Origin: Candidatus Harrisonbacteria bacterium RIFCSPHIGHO2_02_FULL_42_16
Lineage (GTDB): Bacteria > Patescibacteriota > Minisyncoccia > UBA6257 > 02-FULL-45-10c
Direction: 5' to 3'
DNA: 64,000 bases
NCBI GenBank assembly: GCA_001818695.1
Contig: MHJG01000003.1
Location: 4,890-68,889 of the forward strand
Shown here: in pieces, positions 62,910-64,000 of the stretch
Layout: every line of letters starts with the position of its first letter
How positions within the stretch are numbered: position 1 is the stretch's first letter
The notes under the pieces: generated by a model
The model's input: the letters and a program-made list of their open reading frames with translations, nothing else
Told to the model about the DNA's origin: nothing
Database searches by the model: none
Program-made: the position numbers and the translations under genes

Positions 62910-64000
62910 TTAAATTCCTTCGTATTCCCTCATCACTAATTGTGATTCTACCTGTTTCATTATTTCCAGCGCCACCGATACTACGATTAAGAGAGCGGTT
63001 CCGCCTAAAGTTAAAAGCTGGATACCGGTCAGAATTTGAGTTAAATTCGGCAAAATAGCGATAGTTCCTAAAAATAAAGCTCCAAATAAAGTAATCCTGT
63101 TGATTATTTTTGCTAAAAATTCTCCCGATGGCTGTCCCGGCCGAATGCCCGGAATAAATCCGCCGCTTCTTTGCAAGTTCTTGGAAATTTCTTGAGGGTC
63201 AAAAGTGATAGCGGTATAAAAATAAGTGAATACCACTACCAGCATAAAATAAAGCGCGGCATAGATAAATTGGTTAGTTAAAAATTGATTTACTATGGCA
63301 TTTAAGCGGATAGCGAGGTCGGTGGAAATTAAAGCGGATATTTGAGCCAAAAATTGCGGAAATAACAACAAAGAAATGGCAAAAATAATCGGGATAACGC
63401 CGGCTTGATTTACTTTAAGAGGCAAGTAGCTGGAAACGCCGCCGTACATCCGATTGCCGCGAATCCGTTTTGAATAAGAAACGGGTATTTTCCGCTCGCC
63501 TTCGCTGATAAAAACCACTCCGGCGATTACTACGACGCTTAATAATAAAAACACCGCATAGGTAGGCAGGAGTCCCGGGTCATAGCCGAAAAGTACGCCG
63601 CGCACCGTACTTGGCAAACCGCTTACAATGCCGGCAAAAATTAAAAATGATATTCCATTGCCGATTTTTTGTTCACTAATTAATTCGCCAAGCCAGACAA
63701 GGAATACAGAACCGGCAGTAACTAAAATCACATTTCGGATAGTGTCAAAAAATGATAATGGCGAAAGCACTTGCTGGGAAAGCAGAAGATTTAAAAATCC
63801 ATATGCTTGCAAAGCCCCAAGCGGAACGGTTAAATATCGAGAATAGCGGTTGAATTTTGCCCGGCCGGCTTCGCCTTGTTCATAATATGTTTCTTTGAGA
63901 TGAGGAAAAATCATGGTTAAAAGTTGCATTATAATAGTGGCCGTAATGTAGGGGCCGACTCCCAGCATTACAATAGAAAGATTAGAAAGAGCGCCGCCGG
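62910..64000 (-). CDS. secY: preprotein translocase SecY (N-terminal part outside window)
   Basis: C-terminal SecY TM segments; gene order secY-adk-map. Confidence 0.9.
   Translation of the reverse strand, partial: GGALSNLSIVMLGVGPYITATIIMQLLTMIFPHLKETYYEQGEAGRAKFNRYSRYLTVPLGALQAYGFLNLLLSQQVLSPLSFFDTIRNVILVTAGSVFLVWLGELISEQKIGNGISFLIFAGIVSGLPSTVRGVLFGYDPGLLPTYAVFLLLSVVVIAGVVFISEGERKIPVSYSKRIRGNRMYGGVSSYLPLKVNQAGVIPIIFAISLLLFPQFLAQISALISTDLAIRLNAIVNQFLTNQFIYAALYFMLVVVFTYFYTAITFDPQEISKNLQRSGGFIPGIRPGQPSGEFLAKIINRITLFGALFLGTIAILPNLTQILTGIQLLTLGGTALLIVVSVALEIMKQVESQLVMREYEGI

Noticed and set aside
1-64000. CRISPR array, integrase, transposase or reverse transcriptase search
   Set aside because: No regularly spaced direct repeats and none of these proteins were found. 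Mobile-element interpretations therefore rest only on inverted repeats and gene content.

Overview
This 64-kb window comes from an AT-rich bacterium with a compact gene layout. The gene content suggests a small-genome, Candidate Phyla Radiation / Patescibacteria-like organism, but that is inference only. Housekeeping genes include pgk (5' truncated at the window edge), secA, hpf, rnhA, lepA, a prfB-like gene, ftsE-ftsX, fmt/def, rpmA, gltX, murG, ftsW, ychF, ftsQ, alr, serS, lysS, greA, map, adk and secY (3' end of the window, partial). The window also holds many small hypothetical genes, type IV pilin-like and VirD4-like genes, glycosyltransferases and a 1981-aa surface protein. I call about 75 CDS, 3 tRNAs (Gly-CCC, Thr-CGT, Gln-CTG) and several intrinsic terminators. 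No rRNA, CRISPR array, transposase or integrase was found. Several stretches look accessory.
- 5.6-9.6 kb: a cluster of small nucleases and NTP pyrophosphohydrolases, including an HNH-like mini protein, a GIY-YIG nuclease enclosed by nested inverted repeats, two MazG-like genes, an EEP-family gene and a frameshifted NUDIX gene. A recurring AAAAGTGTCATGG motif marks the gene starts.
- 17.9-19.1 kb: an ArsR-family gene flanked by hairpins, then tRNA-Thr followed 5 nt later by an RF2 homolog that lacks domain 1.
- 19.1-20.0 kb: two copies of a roughly 110-nt structured element, one ahead of ftsE and one ahead of ftsX.
- 21.8-28.5 kb: the giant surface protein, with nucleotide-identical 387-bp tandem repeats, followed by a winged-helix/Cas2-like regulator flanked by palindromic hairpins.
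- 40.5-48.2 kb: a VirD4-like ATPase, one intact and one decayed RelE-like toxin-antitoxin locus, and an NYN gene fragment.
- 48.9-49.2 kb: a promoter-plus-terminator-bounded candidate ncRNA.
The same inverted-repeat family (ATCCCTCACC... / ...GGTGAGGGAT) recurs, pairing upstream sequence with the Shine-Dalgarno region of downstream genes, including murG.
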